DNA of 64,000 nt, from contig NW_027361676.1 in the NCBI RefSeq assembly GCF_039654945.1, positions 42,718,001 to 42,782,000 on the forward strand, read 5' to 3'. The DNA is from Dendrobates tinctorius. Taxonomy: Eukaryota. A program made the translations under genes and the position numbers. How positions within the stretch are numbered: position 1 is the stretch's first letter; every line of letters starts with the position of its first letter. The notes below the pieces were generated by a model. The model did no database searches and was not told where the DNA came from. It worked only from the letters and a program-made list of their open reading frames with translations. Positions 9,990-23,828 of this stretch are shown here, piece after piece.

Positions 9990-12691
9990 AGAAACCAATC
10001 ACAAACTAAAATGTTTCTATACTAATGCACAAAGCATGGGCAACAAACAAGGAGAATTGGAACTATTAACATAGGAAAAGAAATATGATGTCATTGGAAT
10101 CACTGAAACTTGGTGGGACAATACACATGATTGAAATACAAGACTAGAAGGATACAACTTATTTTCAAGAAACAAACTTGATAAACGAGGAGGAGGTTTC
10201 GCATTGTATGTTAGAAACACGTATATCTGCACAGAGATTGAAGCTTCAGAGACTGGGAGTTCTGTGGAAACTGTTTGGGTAAGAATACAAGGACAGAACA
10301 ATGGAAAGGACACCATTGTAGGCATTTACTAAAGCTGAAGATATGGATGAACTCTTTATGCATCAAATGGCCAAGTTCTCCAAAAAATATGACATATTTG
10401 TCATGGGAAATTTCAACTATCCAGACATTTGTTGGGAATCTCTCTCAGGCAAAACTAACAGGTCAAGGAAATTCTTATCCTCTCTTGCTGACAACTTTAT
10501 CTTCCAAAAGGTAGGGGAGAAAACAAGGGGAACTGCTACCTTGGATCTAATCCTTATAAACAGGGAGGAAATGGTTGAGGAGGTAAAAGTGGCTACCTAG
10601 GAGGTAGCGACCATGCTATTTTAGAATTTTGGATAACTAGAGGAGGAAGACCTGTGAAGACTCAGACGTCAAGGTTAGATTTCAGAAAGGCAGATTTTAA
10701 GGGATTCAGAAAGAGAATTGGAGGGATCCAATGGCTGGATATCCTTAAAGACAAAAATGTCCAGAAAGGATGGGAAATCTTGAAAAATGAAATTCTCAAA
10801 GCACAATTGTTAACAATTCCGAAAAGAGGGAAGAATAGGAAGTATTTAAGGAAGCCAGGATGGATGAACACAGAACTTAAGCACATGCTAAAAAGGAAGA
10901 AAAAAATGTTTATAAAATGGAAAGAGGGAGGCATATCTAAAGAAGAATATAATGCTGTCTGCAGAACCTGCAGGGCACAAATCAGATTAGCGAAAGCTGA
11001 CAATGAATTGAGGCTTGCAAGAGATGTCAAAAGCAATAATAAAGGATTTTGGGGATATGTCAAAAGTAAAAGAAAAGTTAAAGATGCTATCGGATTTTTA
11101 CAGGATGAAAATGATGAAATGGTAAGACAGGATGTTGAGAAGGCCGAACTTTTAAATTCCTATTTTGCATCTGTTTTCTCTCAGAAAGGAAATGTAACAT
11201 CAACCGTTCTTCACTGTCCTATTAAGGGAATAGAAGAATCCAGGATATCTATAAACAGAAAGATAGTGAGGAAACACTTCTCTAACCTAAATGAATTCAA
11301 TTCTCCAGGTCCAGATGAATTACACCCCAGAGTACTGAAGGAGATAGCAGAAGAAATTTTTGAACCCCTCTCCATAATCTTTGAAAATTCTTGGAGAACA
11401 GGAGAAGTCCCAGAAGACTGGAGAAGAGCAAATGTTGTTCCTATCTTCAAAAAGGGGAAGAAGGTGGACCCAGGCAACTATAGGCCGGTGAGTCTGACTT
11501 CTATACCAGGAAAGATCTTTGAACAAATTATTAAACAACATGTATGTCAGTACCTGGATAAGAATGAGGTGATTAAACAGAGTCAGCAGGGGTTTGTAAC
11601 TAATAAGTCATGTCAGACTAACTTAATTTCCTTCTATGACGGAATCACTGATTGGGTGGATCAAGGAAATGCTGTAGATATAGTATATCTTGACTTCAGC
11701 AAAGCATTTGACAAAGTATCTCATACAATTCTTATTGAAAAAATAACTAAGTATGGAATGGACAAGGCAACTGTTAGGTGGATTCATAACTGGCTTAGTG
11801 ATTGGACCCAAAGAGTGGTCGTAAATGGCCCTGTATTGTTCAACATCTTTATCAACGATTTAGATGAAGGAATTGAGGGTAAACTGATTAAATTTGCTGA
11901 TGACACAAAGCTAGGAGGGATAGCTAATACTAGAGAAGACAGAGAGGAGTCAAAAAGATATAAATAAACTGGAGAAGTGGGCAGCAACTAACAGAATGGT
12001 TTTTAACAGGGAAAAATGCAAAGTACTACAACTGGGCAATAAAAATGAAAAAAGCATATACAGAATGGGAGGAATAGGGCTAAGCAACAGCACATGTGAA
12101 AATGACTTGGGTATATTAATAGATCACAGACTGAATATGAGTCAACAGTGTGATGCAGCAGCAAAAAAGGCAAATGCAATTCTAGGATGTATTAACAGAA
12201 GCATACAGTCTAGATCACGTGAAGTCATTATTTCCCTCTACTCCTCTTTGGTCAGACCTCATCTGGAATATTGTGTCCAGTTTTGGGCACCACATTTTAA
12301 AAAAGACATCAACAAACTGGAGCAAGTTCAGAAAAGAGCGACCAGAATGGTGACCGGTCTGCAAACCCTGTCTTATGAGGAAAGGTTGCAGGATTTGGGA
12401 ATGTTTAGTTTGCAAAAGAGAAGACTGAGGGGAGACTTAATAGCTGTCTACAAATATCTAAAGGGCTGTCACATTGTAGAAGGATCAACTTTATTCTCAT
12501 TTGCACAAGGAAAGACTAGAAGCAATGGGAAGAAACTGAATGGGAGGAGACACAGATTAGATATTAGAAAAAACTTTTTGACAGTTAGAGTGATCAATGA
12601 GTGGAACAAGCTGCCACGAGAAATGGTGAGTTCTCCTTCAATGGAAGTCTTCAAACAGAGGCTGGACAGACATCTGACTGGGATGATTTAG
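9990..12691 (+). pseudogene. CR1 ORF2 (endonuclease plus reverse transcriptase), broken by stops, frameshifts and a 57-bp deletion
   Basis: [48 protein letters not shown] and FADDTK, spread across ORFs 10343-10600, 10654-11967 and 11996-12691. Confidence 0.95.
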
Positions 12692-13343
12692 CAAATCCTG
12701 CTTTGAGCAGGGGGTTGGACCAGATGGCCCAGGAGGTCCCTTCCAACTCTACGATTCTATGATTCTATGATTCTACCTCCTTACCCCACATATTTGAAGA
12801 CTCATTAAAGGGTAGATTGTGGTGCATGCTGTTCTGCTGGAGTTGCTGATGGATTCTCCTAACATAGTGTGAAATAGCTATTATGGAAAAATTAGTGTTA
12901 ATAGGAATTTAGGATAGTGTAAAAGTAAAAAAAAAAGGTATTGGACCCTGACTGATTTGATTGTTTACCTATCCGAAAAATATGTAGTCAATATCATAAC
13001 GGTGAAGAATCCTTTTAGTAATGTGGTGCATGCTTGCAATCAGAGTAGCAGTGTTAAGCATTTTTGCAACATATATCGTGTCCCTGGCTTTCATGCGGGC
13101 TCTCACGCCGATCTCACATCTTTACCGGCAGACAATGTCTGAATTAATCAGCCATCATGTTCCTTTTACAGCCGCTGGTGTATCGGAGCTCCACCGTGGC
13201 TGTTAAACTGGTAAACCCCACTGTCAATCTCTGACAAAGGCATTTAACACAAGCTTGGAGGCGCGCCATTGCACGACGTGATCATAGGGTACCGATTGAT
13301 TGCCGTAACAGCTAGGGATCTGCCGATGACCCCCATGCCTGTC

Positions 13344-15126
13344 ACTTTACTTGTTGTATTTATATATTTAAACTCTTACACTCTGTACTTTTGTGACTGT
13401 TATATTCATAGATAGGGATATCAAGAACTATTTACATGGTCTGTAGAATTTTCTATTTAACCAATTATTTTGCCTTTGTCTCTGGGTTACTCGTTATTAT
13501 ACTGTATATTTACATCATAACATTTGCACTGTATTCCTCAACCTTTATTTATTTTATGCTGTCTGCATTGTCATATATATTTTAACTATGTGTCTTGTAC
13601 ACTTTGTTTTCAATAAAGATTATTTTAATATGATATAATTGGTCCTAAGCTGGATTGTTGTAGGTATTATTATGATTACTATGTTGCTGACTAATTAAAT
13701 TGGGCTTTATGTAAGCAAATCTAGTTTGCAGATAAATTAGAATTCAGTTTATATTTTTTCAAAGTAGGATTGAACAATATAGTAGTGATAGGAATGGTTG
13801 TTATGGGCAATGCCTTTGCTACTTGTCTACCCAAGTTTTGTATATGACTGTACCTTGCAAAATAAGCTAAAACCAAATGAACCATAATCATTGATTATCA
13901 GTATTTAAAGGGAGCCTGTCATCTGATTCATGCTGCCCAAAATCACTTTGTCACAAATGACGCCGGAGAAATCACACTGAACCCACTGCTGCCACCAGTG
14001 GTCAAGGGAATGCAATCGTCATGACAATTACACAATTGGCTGATGAGTGATGAACAAGACCGCAGCTGCTTCCACTACTTGGCTGGTTATTGGGGAGCTA
14101 ACAATAAGCATATGGCATATATGTAACACAGTTATTAGGATGCAGTGACACAGAGGCACACGGCAAGGGTTAACAGAGGAAAACACTAAGGGGTCGAAGG
14201 GAAAAAACTCAAGATGGCAGTTTATATATGTCTATTTCACTTAGCATAACTCGGATTTCTTTCTCTCTTTCTGGGATGGATGGCTGGCTGCCAGCTGAGG
14301 CCGGTGCTGAGTTCTTCCGGCTTCCCCACCTATCAAGTCGGTCTGACTTCTGGTGGCAGCAGATGGTCACCGGTCTGACACACTGAGCCCCTAGTCCGTT
14401 ATACTGCAGCACAGCAAAGAATAATTCACTGTGATCCTCCACTCGGTGTACATTCCTCCGCATGCCCAATGAGGTCTGAGAGTCCTTGCTGCACCTGACC
14501 GTAATCGCTGCCACGCGGTTTCTCTCTACCCACGGCCCAGCGCCGGTCCTCACTGACTCCTCTCTCTGGCGTGAAGCCCCCTCTCTCTATCCTTCCCTGG
14601 CTCACCATGCCCCCTCAATGCAGTTCAAGGGTGTGCTCCTCAATCTCCTTCCCCCTGCAACAGTAGGTCTGGCCCCAGCAGTGCCGGACCTGTGACCTGC
14701 TGCCTTGTCAGCACCCACAGCCCGGTCTTCTCCTCTACATATACAATCCCAACGCTTGTATTATACGTACAGTATATACCCCACGGGTAGGGTCACTGCC
14801 AACTCTGCAATATCAAAACAACTAATAGATACCATCACTGATCATTTATACAGGCTCATTGGATACCTGATACAGGTAGAGTATGGCTTCATGGGTGCTG
14901 TTGCAGAGCAAGAGGAACAGAGCTATTACATTTTATATATTTAATCCAAAAAAATAGGCAGTGTTTATAAAAAATATACAAGATTTATACAAAATGGGAA
15001 CAAAACAAAATGGTACTTTGTTCAACAGGGCGGAGCAATGCGCCTGCGCCGGAGCCACGACGGCCAGAAATGAAGAGGATGTCATCGCTGCAAGATGGGA
15101 GGTACTGGACCGGACTGCGACTCCCT
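13344..15126 (+). repeat. Left arm of a ~1.8 kb inverted duplication
   Basis: Reverse complement of 23992-25762 plus 27502-27535. ORFs 14209-14553(-) and 24513-24929(+) encode near-identical peptides. Confidence 0.92.
14122..14930. mobile_element. Solo-LTR-like element within the duplicated arm
   Basis: TGTAA...TTACA termini. Shares GGATGCAGTGAC with the LTR at 21362. No clean TSD. Confidence 0.45.
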
Positions 15127-15240
15127 AAGTGTGAAAGCCAGCCCGTGATTTTCTCTACGCATAGAAGTGCTGATGCAGTGTTACGTGTAGCACAAGCGAT
15201 CAGATGATCGCATCTTCAGGTCACCTAAGGGGACTAGTAA

Positions 15241-18200
15241 CCCCTTAAGCCCCAAGGGTGGTTTGCACATTCATGACCGGGCCAATTTTTACAATTCTGA
15301 CCACTGTCCCTTTATGAGGTTATAACTCTGAAACGCTTCCATGGATCTCGGTGATTCTGACATTGTTTTCTCGTGACATATTGTACTTCATGTTACTGGT
15401 AAAATTTCATTCATATAACTTGCGTTTATTTGTGAAAAAAATGGAAATTTGGTGAAAATTTTGAAAATTTCGCAATTTTCCAAATTTGAATTTTTATGCC
15501 CTTAAATCACAGAGATACGGCACACAAAAAACTTAATAAATAACATTTCCCACATGTTTACTTTACATCAGCACAACTTTTTTTTGTTAGGAAGTTATAA
15601 GGGTTCAAAATTGACCAGCGATTTTTCATTTTTGCAACACCATTTTATTTTTACGGACCACATCACATTTGAAGCCACATTGAGGGGTCTATATGATAGA
15701 AAATACCCAAAAGTGACACGATTCTAAAAACTGCACCCCTTAAGGTGCTCAAAGCCACATTCAAGAAGTTTATTAACCCTTTAGGTGCGTCACAGGAATT
15801 TTTTGAATATTTAAAAAAAAAAATGAACATTTAACTTTGTTTCACAAAAAAAATACTTCATGTTCAATTTTTTTTATTTTACCAAGGGTAACAGGAGAAA
15901 TTGGACTGCAAAAGTTATTGTGCAATTTGTCCTGAGTACGCTGATACCTGATATGTGGGGGGAACCACTGTTTCGGCGCACGGCAGACCTCAGAAGGGAA
16001 GGAGCGCCGTTTGACTTTTTCAATGCAAAATAGGCTGGAATTCAGATCGGACGCCATGTCGCGTTTGGAGAACCCCTGATGTACCTAAACAGTGGAAACC
16101 CCCACAAGTGACCCCATTTTGGAAACTAGACCCCCCAAGGAACTTATCTAGATATGTGGTGAGAACTTGGAACCCACAAGGGCTTCACAGAAGTTTATAA
16201 CGTACAGTGGTACAATTAAAAAATCATATTTTTTCCACAAAAATGATCTTTTCACCCCCAATTTTTATTTTTCCAAGGGTAACAGGACCCTAAAAGTTAT
16301 TGTACAATTTGTCCTGAGTATGCTGATACCCTATATGTGGGTGTAAATGACTATTTGGGTGCATGGCAGAGCTCGGAAGGGAAGCAGCACCATTTGACGT
16401 TTTTGGCTGGAATTGAGATCGGACACCATGTCGTGTTTGGAAAGCCCCTGATGTACCAAAACAGTAGAAACCCCCCACAAATGACCCCATTTTGGAAACT
16501 AGACCCCCCAAGGAACTTATCTAGATGTGTGGTGAGCACTTTGAACCCCCAAGGGCTTCACAGAAGTTTTTAATGCCCAGGCATGAAAATAAAAATATCG
16601 TATTTTTTCCACAAATATGATCAATTAGTCTCCAATTTTTTTATTTTTCCAAGGGTAACAGGAGAAATTGGACCACAAAAGTTGTTGTCCAATTTGTCCT
16701 GAGTACGCTGATAACTCATATGTGGGAGAAAACTACTGTATGGGCACACGTCGGGGCTCGGAAGGGAAATAGTGACGTTTTGGAATGCAGACTTTGATGG
16801 ATTGGTCTGCGGGTGTCATGTGCGTTTGGAGAGGCCCTGATGTACCTAAACTATTGAAACTCCCCACAAGTGACCCCATTTTGGAAACTAGACCCCCCAC
16901 GGAACTTATCTAGATGTGTGGTGAGCACTTTGAACCCCCAAGTGCTTCACAGAAGTTTATAACGCCTGGGCGTGAAAATAAAAAAATCATTTTTTTCCAC
17001 AAAAATGATATTTTTGCCCCCAATTTTTTATGTTCCTAAGTTTAACAGGAGAAATTGGACTCCAAAAGTTGCTTTGCAATTTGTCCTGAGTATGCTGATA
17101 CCCTATATGTGGGGGTAAAACACTGTTTGGGCGCATGGCAGAGCTTGGAAGGGAAGTAGCACCATTTGACTTCTTCAATGCAGAATTGGCTGGAATTGAG
17201 ATCAGACGCCATGTTGCATTTGGAGAGCACCTGATGTGCCCAAACAGTGGAAACCCCCCAATTATAACTCCAACCCTAACCCCAACACACCCCTAACTCT
17301 AATCTCAGCCCTAGCCCTAACCCTAACCCTAGCCCTAACCCTAACTCTAGCCCTAACCCTAACCCTAATGGGAAAATGGAAATAAATACATTTTTTTAAT
17401 TTTATTATTTTTCCCTAACTAAGGGGGTGATAACGGGGGGTTTGATTTACTATTTATGGCGGTTTTTATGTTTGGCGGCTGTCACACGCTAAAAGACGCT
17501 TTTTATTGTAAAAATAATTTTTGCATCCCCACATATTGAGAGCTCTAAATTTTCCGTATTTTGACCCACCGAGTCATGTGAGGTCTTATTTCTTGCGGGA
17601 CGAGTTGACGTTTTTATTGGTACCATTTTCAGGCACGTGACATTTTTTGATCGCTTTTTATTCCGATTTTTGCGACGCAGAATGAACTAAAACCAGCGTT
17701 TCATGAATTTCTTTTGGGGGGGTGCGTTTACACCGTTTCGCGTGCGGTAAAATTGATAAAGCGGTTTTATTCTTCGGGTCAGTACGGTTAGAGCGATACC
17801 TCATTTAGGTCGTTTTTTATGTTTTGTCAGTTTTATGCAATGAAAAATAATTATCTTTGCATCGCTTTATTCTGTGAGCTATAACTTTTTAACTTTTTTG
17901 GGGATGACGCTGTGTGGCAGCTCGTTTTTTGCGGGACTAGCTGACGTTTTCAGCGGTACCATGGATATTTATATGCGTCTTTTTGATCGCATGTTATTGC
18001 ACTTTTTGTTCGGTGGTATGATAATAAAGCATTATTTTTTGCTTCATTTTTTATTTTTATTTCCTAAGTGGTTCGTTAAAGGGGTTAACTAATGGGACAG
18101 TTTTATAGGGCGGGTCGTTACGGACGCGGTGATACCAAATATGTGTACTTTTATTGTTTTTTTTTATTTTCTAAAAAAGAATTTATTGGGGAATATATAT

Positions 18201-18493
18201 TTTTTTTACTAATTTATTTAGCGATTTTTTTAAAATTATTTTTACACTTTTTTTTAACTTTATTACATTGTCCCAGGTGGGACATCACTGTCCTGTGACA
18301 GATCGCTGATCAGCGATCTGTCACAGGCACTGCTGCAGACTTCCTCATGCCTGTGATAATCAGCTGACACCCGGCCGCAATTAACGGCGCTCACCACGTG
18401 GGCGCCGCTGATCGCTATGACGTACTATCCCGTCCCTGGGAATTAAGTCCCAGGGCACATGGACGGGATAGTACGTCTGATGGCAGTAAGGGG
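15241..18493 (+). mobile_element. piggyBac-type non-autonomous element (family A) with ~380-bp internal tandem array and telomere-like tract
   Basis: CCCCTTA...TAAGGGG|TTAA termini. Repeat units start near 15884, 16275, 16651 and 17038. Confidence 0.8.
17272..17368 (+). repeat. Degenerate interstitial telomere-like (CCCTAA/CCCTAG)n
   Basis: Direct reading. Confidence 0.9.
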
Positions 18494-19507
18494 TTAAATA
18501 CAGTAAAAGATTTTAAAAAAAGTTTTTATAAATATTAAAAATAGTTCAAATTACCCCCTTTTTGCCCCATGAAAATTAAAACAATTAAAAAATAATGCAC
18601 ATAATTGGTATCACTGCATTCATAGAAGTCAGATCTATTAAAATATAAAGTTAATTAATACGATCGGTAAACTCTGTAACAAGTTTTTTGGCTACCCTAT
18701 AACATTGAAATTAAATACAATAAGAGGCGATCAAAACAGCGCATCCACCCAAAAATGGTATCAGTCAAAATGTCAGCTCAGGGCACAAAAAATGAGCCCT
18801 CAAACAGCCCTATATCCCGAAAAATGAAAACGTTATGGGTCTCGCAAAACGCTGACAAAAGCTAATTTATTTTTTTTTTTTTTACAAATTTCCCAATTTT
18901 ATTTTTACCACTTGAATAAAAAAAAAAAATGCATCCTTGGGTTGCATCTCCCCAACTGGTTCTCCCTTGGCTCACTCACCTTGGCCTTTGGCTCTTCCCT
19001 TCCATATTCTATTCCAATCTTCGTGGCTGAGTAGGCCTCAGAAGATGGTCATGAAGTTAAAAAGTTCAAAGTGAATTTCATTCAGCACACGTCACGTCAC
19101 TCACATCCAGTCATCATGAATTTCTGATGTTTGGAGCAGACGGTGAAAAAAACAGACTAATCAGATGAGATGTCGCTGGGTGTCATTATTTTTATATATA
19201 TGGTCTGCAGAGACATGAAAGGTAGTAACTAGAGATTACCGTATCAGTCCAGCCAAACACCATTATTTTAGGATTTTTTAGGGATAAAAGGTCATAACTT
19301 CCAGCTTATTACACATAGTGATATAAGAAGGCCTAAATCTGACTGAGATGTACTGCTACAGCACTGAAGCAAAATGAAAATGGGATTGGTAGTCTCAATC
19401 TGTGTATAATTATCCAAAGATTTAAGTGATACAGAGATGTTGGACCACCATAGTACAGCATAGCACAACAAGTGTGACTGAATTTATTCATTTGCAGTAA
19501 CAGCACC

Positions 19508-19740
19508 TTAAAAGAAAATCTGTCACCAGGTTTTTGCCACAAACTCTAAATGCAGCATAATGTAAAGACAGATACCCTGATTCCAGCTATGTATCTTTGA
19601 CTGGGCTGATTGCTGTAGTTTCAATAAAATCACTGTTTTATGAGCAAGGAATTTTCACTATAGGAGTAGTCAACTTGCTCCCATGATGTCCTCCATTTTC
19701 ATGAACTCTGTGTAACCCCACATCCACAATGTACACAGAA
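19508..19740 (+). mobile_element. Kolobok/T2-MITE-like arm
   Basis: TTAA-AAGAAAATCTGTCACCAGG terminus, resembling the T2-type ends at 13906 and 23829. Confidence 0.45.
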
Positions 19741-20280
19741 AACCTGGTGCAATTTTTTTTCCGCACCTCATTACTGTAATAGTTCAATAATCAACATGCA
19801 TCCAAATACCACTGTTGGTTACCACCTGTTACCATCTTTCCTAGCCAGATAGGTTGAGGTCACTTAAACATCAATTAGGCTGTGTTTGTGTTACAAAACT
19901 CAAAAAGGGTTCGATACAATCCTCAGAGAGTTATACATGTATCTTATGTACAATTAGAAGTTTTGCAGTATTTTCAATCTGTGACAGATTTATTCTGCAC
20001 AAATGTATTTTTTTTGAAAAACCTAGTAAATTTGAAGTTTAAAAGATCCGCTCATCTCTAGTAGTACCAGACTTGTTAGTAAAGCCACCCCCCTTACTAT
20101 ATACAGCTCGGTCGCTTTAAAAAGTGCCTCCCCTTATTATGCATGGCACCTTTTAATACAGATAGTGTCTTCTGTTATTATGCAGAGTGGATCCTTGTTA
20201 CATAATGTTCTCTCTTATTATGTATAACATTGCGCCGTATTGCATACTTTCTCTTCTTTATGCATGGCGTTGAGCTTTAT

Positions 20281-21034
20281 TGCTACGCCAGAGGCGGCGG
20301 GTATCGAGAGTGGACCCACTGGACTGTAGTTCCGAACCTTCCCCGAGCGAGCGCACCAGGTTTGACCAACCCCTATACAGGGATCATTTGGGAGCATGCT
20401 TGGGAACCTCAAGAACCACGGATGCCAGGACCAGGGGTCGGCTCAAGGAAAAAGCAGGAGAGCGAGAACACGGAGGGAAGGTAGGGAGGATCAAGAGCAG
20501 AGAAGGTATGATCCGGTAGCAGGCAGAGGAGAGAGCTGGAGGCAGGACAGAAGTGAGGGGAGATGCAGACGGGGGCAGGAACCGGGAAGTACTCTGAGCA
20601 GGTGCAGGTCCTGAAAGAGAGGAAGAAAATGAGAGGCTAATTCCTTGCTGTGCAGAGCCAGACAGTGGCAGCAAGGCGGCCAAAAACGTGAGTAGTAGGA
20701 CACCATATTCAGGCGCTTCCACTAGGGGAGGGCGGCCTGAAATACCCAGCGCCTGTCCATCATTGGACAGGTAGCACAACCGGGTCAGGTCACGTTATGG
20801 CATAAGAACAGGGAAGCATGCGTGGTCCGGCCCTAGTGGGCATGCATGGACGGCGGGAGCGCGCAGCTGGCGGCAGGAGGGGGAGCACGCCGGAGTGCCC
20901 GTGCAGACGCTCAGCCTGGAGAACGGGCAGAAGACAGAGACCGGGCAAGAGTAGCGGGGTGGGAGGTGGTGGACCTGGCGGCTGTAAGGAGGGAGCCCGG
21001 GGAGCAGGACGCCAGGGAGCGGGACGCCATAACA
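20281..21034 (-). mobile_element. Solo LTR (Gypsy-like)
   Basis: TGCTACG...CATAACA termini. 5-bp flanks TTTAT/CTTAT are a TSD with one mismatch. Confidence 0.65.
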
Positions 21035-21361
21035 CTTATTGCACAGTGTCCTCACCTAACAATATATACATTGCTATCATCTTTTAAAGAGTGACTGATG
21101 CCTGTATGTATGGTTTAAATTTGTCTAGGATTATGTTTTGTATATATTTGTGGTTTTAATAAATGGGGTCATATGTATTATTTGTTACACACTGTAGATA
21201 GTGTAAAACATTTATGCATGCTTCCCTACCTGCACCTTTTCTGAATCCGGCCAATGTCTTTCAGATGTGAAACAAGCACCTTGTCACATGAGCCCAATCA
21301 TGTGACCCAAATCACATGACTGGGGGTCCACAGTTTTTGAACAGCTGGGGCCCATAATATC

Positions 21362-22191
21362 TGTAAGGTTCAAGCAGGAACTCGGGATGCAGTGACGAGC
21401 AGGAGGCAGAGATAGAGTTAACCGGTTGTTTACAAAGAGTTATTATAACAGTGAATACTCCACACAGGGAGAGAGGGGATAAGGGAATAGGTGAAAGAAG
21501 AGTATACAGTAATAGAGCAACAGTATGGATTCAAATATATGGTTAACTTATCAGTCTGTGGTTACTGGACGGAGGTGGCTGGAAAATCCCTCGATGGCGC
21601 CGCAGGTGACGCATGAAGTTCACAAAGTGGTCACGGAGAAAGGTGAAACAATGTCTTTTAATGGAGGGAACGTATCCTGGCCTTCCCAAGTGTAGTCTTG
21701 TGGCCCTGGAACAATGTACTGCTCGAGTGGGTTTCTGCGGCACTGCAATTGATGAACGAAGTCCCAGAGTGGAGGCCGCGGTCACGTTACCTGTTTCAGT
21801 GTGCACTGTCTGGTGAGCACTGTGTCGCAGGCCGGCAGCAGTCAGCGATAGAGAACGGTTTGACTTAGTCATGTTAGAGACGACAGGAGTAATGGTCTAT
21901 GGAGGAACACACTCTGTATGCGCGGGGAATGAGAGAGCGCATAGCGGGCCTGCTAGTTGGCGTCGGTCTGCAGAGAGGGAGTCAACCTTCTCCTGTAACA
22001 CACGCTGTCTTCCCACCAAAAGCCCCGTTCTGGCGCGCCCCATCCCTTTTATCTCAGACCCACCCCCTACAGTCAGGTGCAAAGGTCTCTTCCAGTCAGA
22101 AAGTCCTTCCCCCGGCAACAATGGTGACAGTCCTGACAGTTCTGGCCCTGACACGAGAGAGATACTATTAGTATCGGTCCATATCCCTACA
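21362..22191 (-). mobile_element. Solo LTR
   Basis: TGTAAGG...CCCTACA termini with a 4-bp TSD TATC on both sides. Confidence 0.65.
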
Positions 22192-23828
22192 TATCCTCAA
22201 TCATCTGCTGATAGTCTAAAATCATGAAGTGGGGTCTAGTTCCATGGGATCAAGAAAATCATTATTTCAATTACGTATAAAAGGACTGTTCATTAACTCA
22301 ATTTTTTTGGGATATTTATGTCAATGAGTGTATGACCTTAGGAAAACCAGTGAGTAAATATGTAATTTAGTAGAAGAGATCTGTGGATGCATTTAATTCT
22401 GTACCTTTCCACTTAGCTACAGCAAAATAATAATAATTTATTGCTGAAATTAGAATTTTACTGTGTATCGATGATTCAGACAATTATGCTGCATGACATG
22501 TGTTATCCTTTTAATTTGAAGAGGGCGAGCAGCTGTTCCTCTGCCACAATAAAAGAAAGATTGCATGCACATGGCAAAAAATCCATCAGTTTTGTTTTTT
22601 ATAGCCATAGCACATATTGCTGTTAGAAATTTGCAGCAGGTGCAATATCCAACGCTAAGCCTCATTTCTGTCCTTAACAACTCTCTGAGCATTCTGGAGC
22701 TTTCCTCTTGTTATCTTTCCTTCATTATTCAAAACATCTTTCCATAAATCATAAAGAACACCATTTCACGGAGAACAGAAGCAAAAGTGAAGCAAGGGAC
22801 AAGTCAACAAAACCATTACGAGCCTCACAAACAATTTGTAAGAAAAAATGAAAGTATGATATATAGCCACTTCTCTGGATCTGAAAAACAACTCTCGGGT
22901 CTAACGGTATTTGTGATTGAGAGTTTTGTCATTTGTTGGCTAAGGAGGAAGGAGGGGTGAACAGATATGTTTTAAGATGAGGTATTCAGTCTCAGTTGCT
23001 GTTCTTAAGGACAGATGGCAGCTATCATATTCCATTCATGAATGTATTTTTCTTTTTAGACATCAAAATAACCTCTACTAAGTCAGAGATACATGAAAAG
23101 ATACTCTTCAGATGGGACATTTGTGACAAAGACAACAAAACAAGCAACAAGAATGCATAGCTGTAATATTCCTTCTGTGCATGTTTGGATATGTGAAACA
23201 GTTAGGAATATTTCATCAATTTTTTTTTATATATATTGTGTACTATTTTTTATCTTTTTAAGGCTAAATTGGATTTAAAAATCATCTTAAACACTGACAC
23301 GGAGAAAGACTTAAGCGGTAAACCTTTTTCTTTAGCCATGAATTTCTGAACCCTGTCTAGTTAAAAATTGTTTGAGATTATATCCTACAGTACTAAACAA
23401 CTACATAGCATACAAACATTACTTTCTATGTAAAATGTGTTCAGGTACAAAAAACAGCACTATATGAATGTACATGTAGCATGAGATTACTCTATGCAAA
23501 AGAGCTACACTCAAAAGCCACACAAATATAAGCATTGACTTATATTTGGGTGGTGAGGTGCAACATATATGTAGAACAATACATAGCTCAAATTATTCAT
23601 GTGGTTAAAGGAAATGTCAGAGAGGAAATTTAAAATCCATAAGACATTTCCAGGGAGGGTACATGACCTCCCTTACATTGAACATATGGGGAAGAGTGGA
23701 AACTATCTATGACTGGAGAAGAGCTGACACTCCAACTACCCTTTTAAAGTGGCATTGCTATAGCTAGAGAGAGAGAAACTAATTTAAACAGATCTTCAAA
23801 GCATAGACCTCCTGCTTTGGACAGGTGA

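Larger units (their letters stand above)
9354..12775 (+). mobile_element. CR1 LINE, 5'-truncated, ORF2 disrupted
   Basis: ORF1 esterase, APE endonuclease and RT regions, and an (ATTCTATG)n 3' tail. Confidence 0.97.

Noticed and set aside
9348-12788. 13-bp inverted match flanking the CR1 (GGGGTAAGGTGGT / ACCTCCTTACCCC)
   Set aside because: Short, overlaps CR1 sequence itself, has no TSD, and is plausibly chance.
14209-14553. ORF conserved in two copies (also 24513-24929)
   Set aside because: The conservation is explained by the recent inverted duplication. No recognisable domain, and it lies in LTR-like DNA.
15842-17230. Recurrent 60-100 aa ORFs in family A elements
   Set aside because: Products of the ~380-bp tandem array, with no transposase motifs and inconsistent frames between units.
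17272-17368. True telomere or chromosome-fusion scar
   Set aside because: Short, degenerate, and at a fixed internal position in three copies of one transposon family. No head-to-head arrangement.
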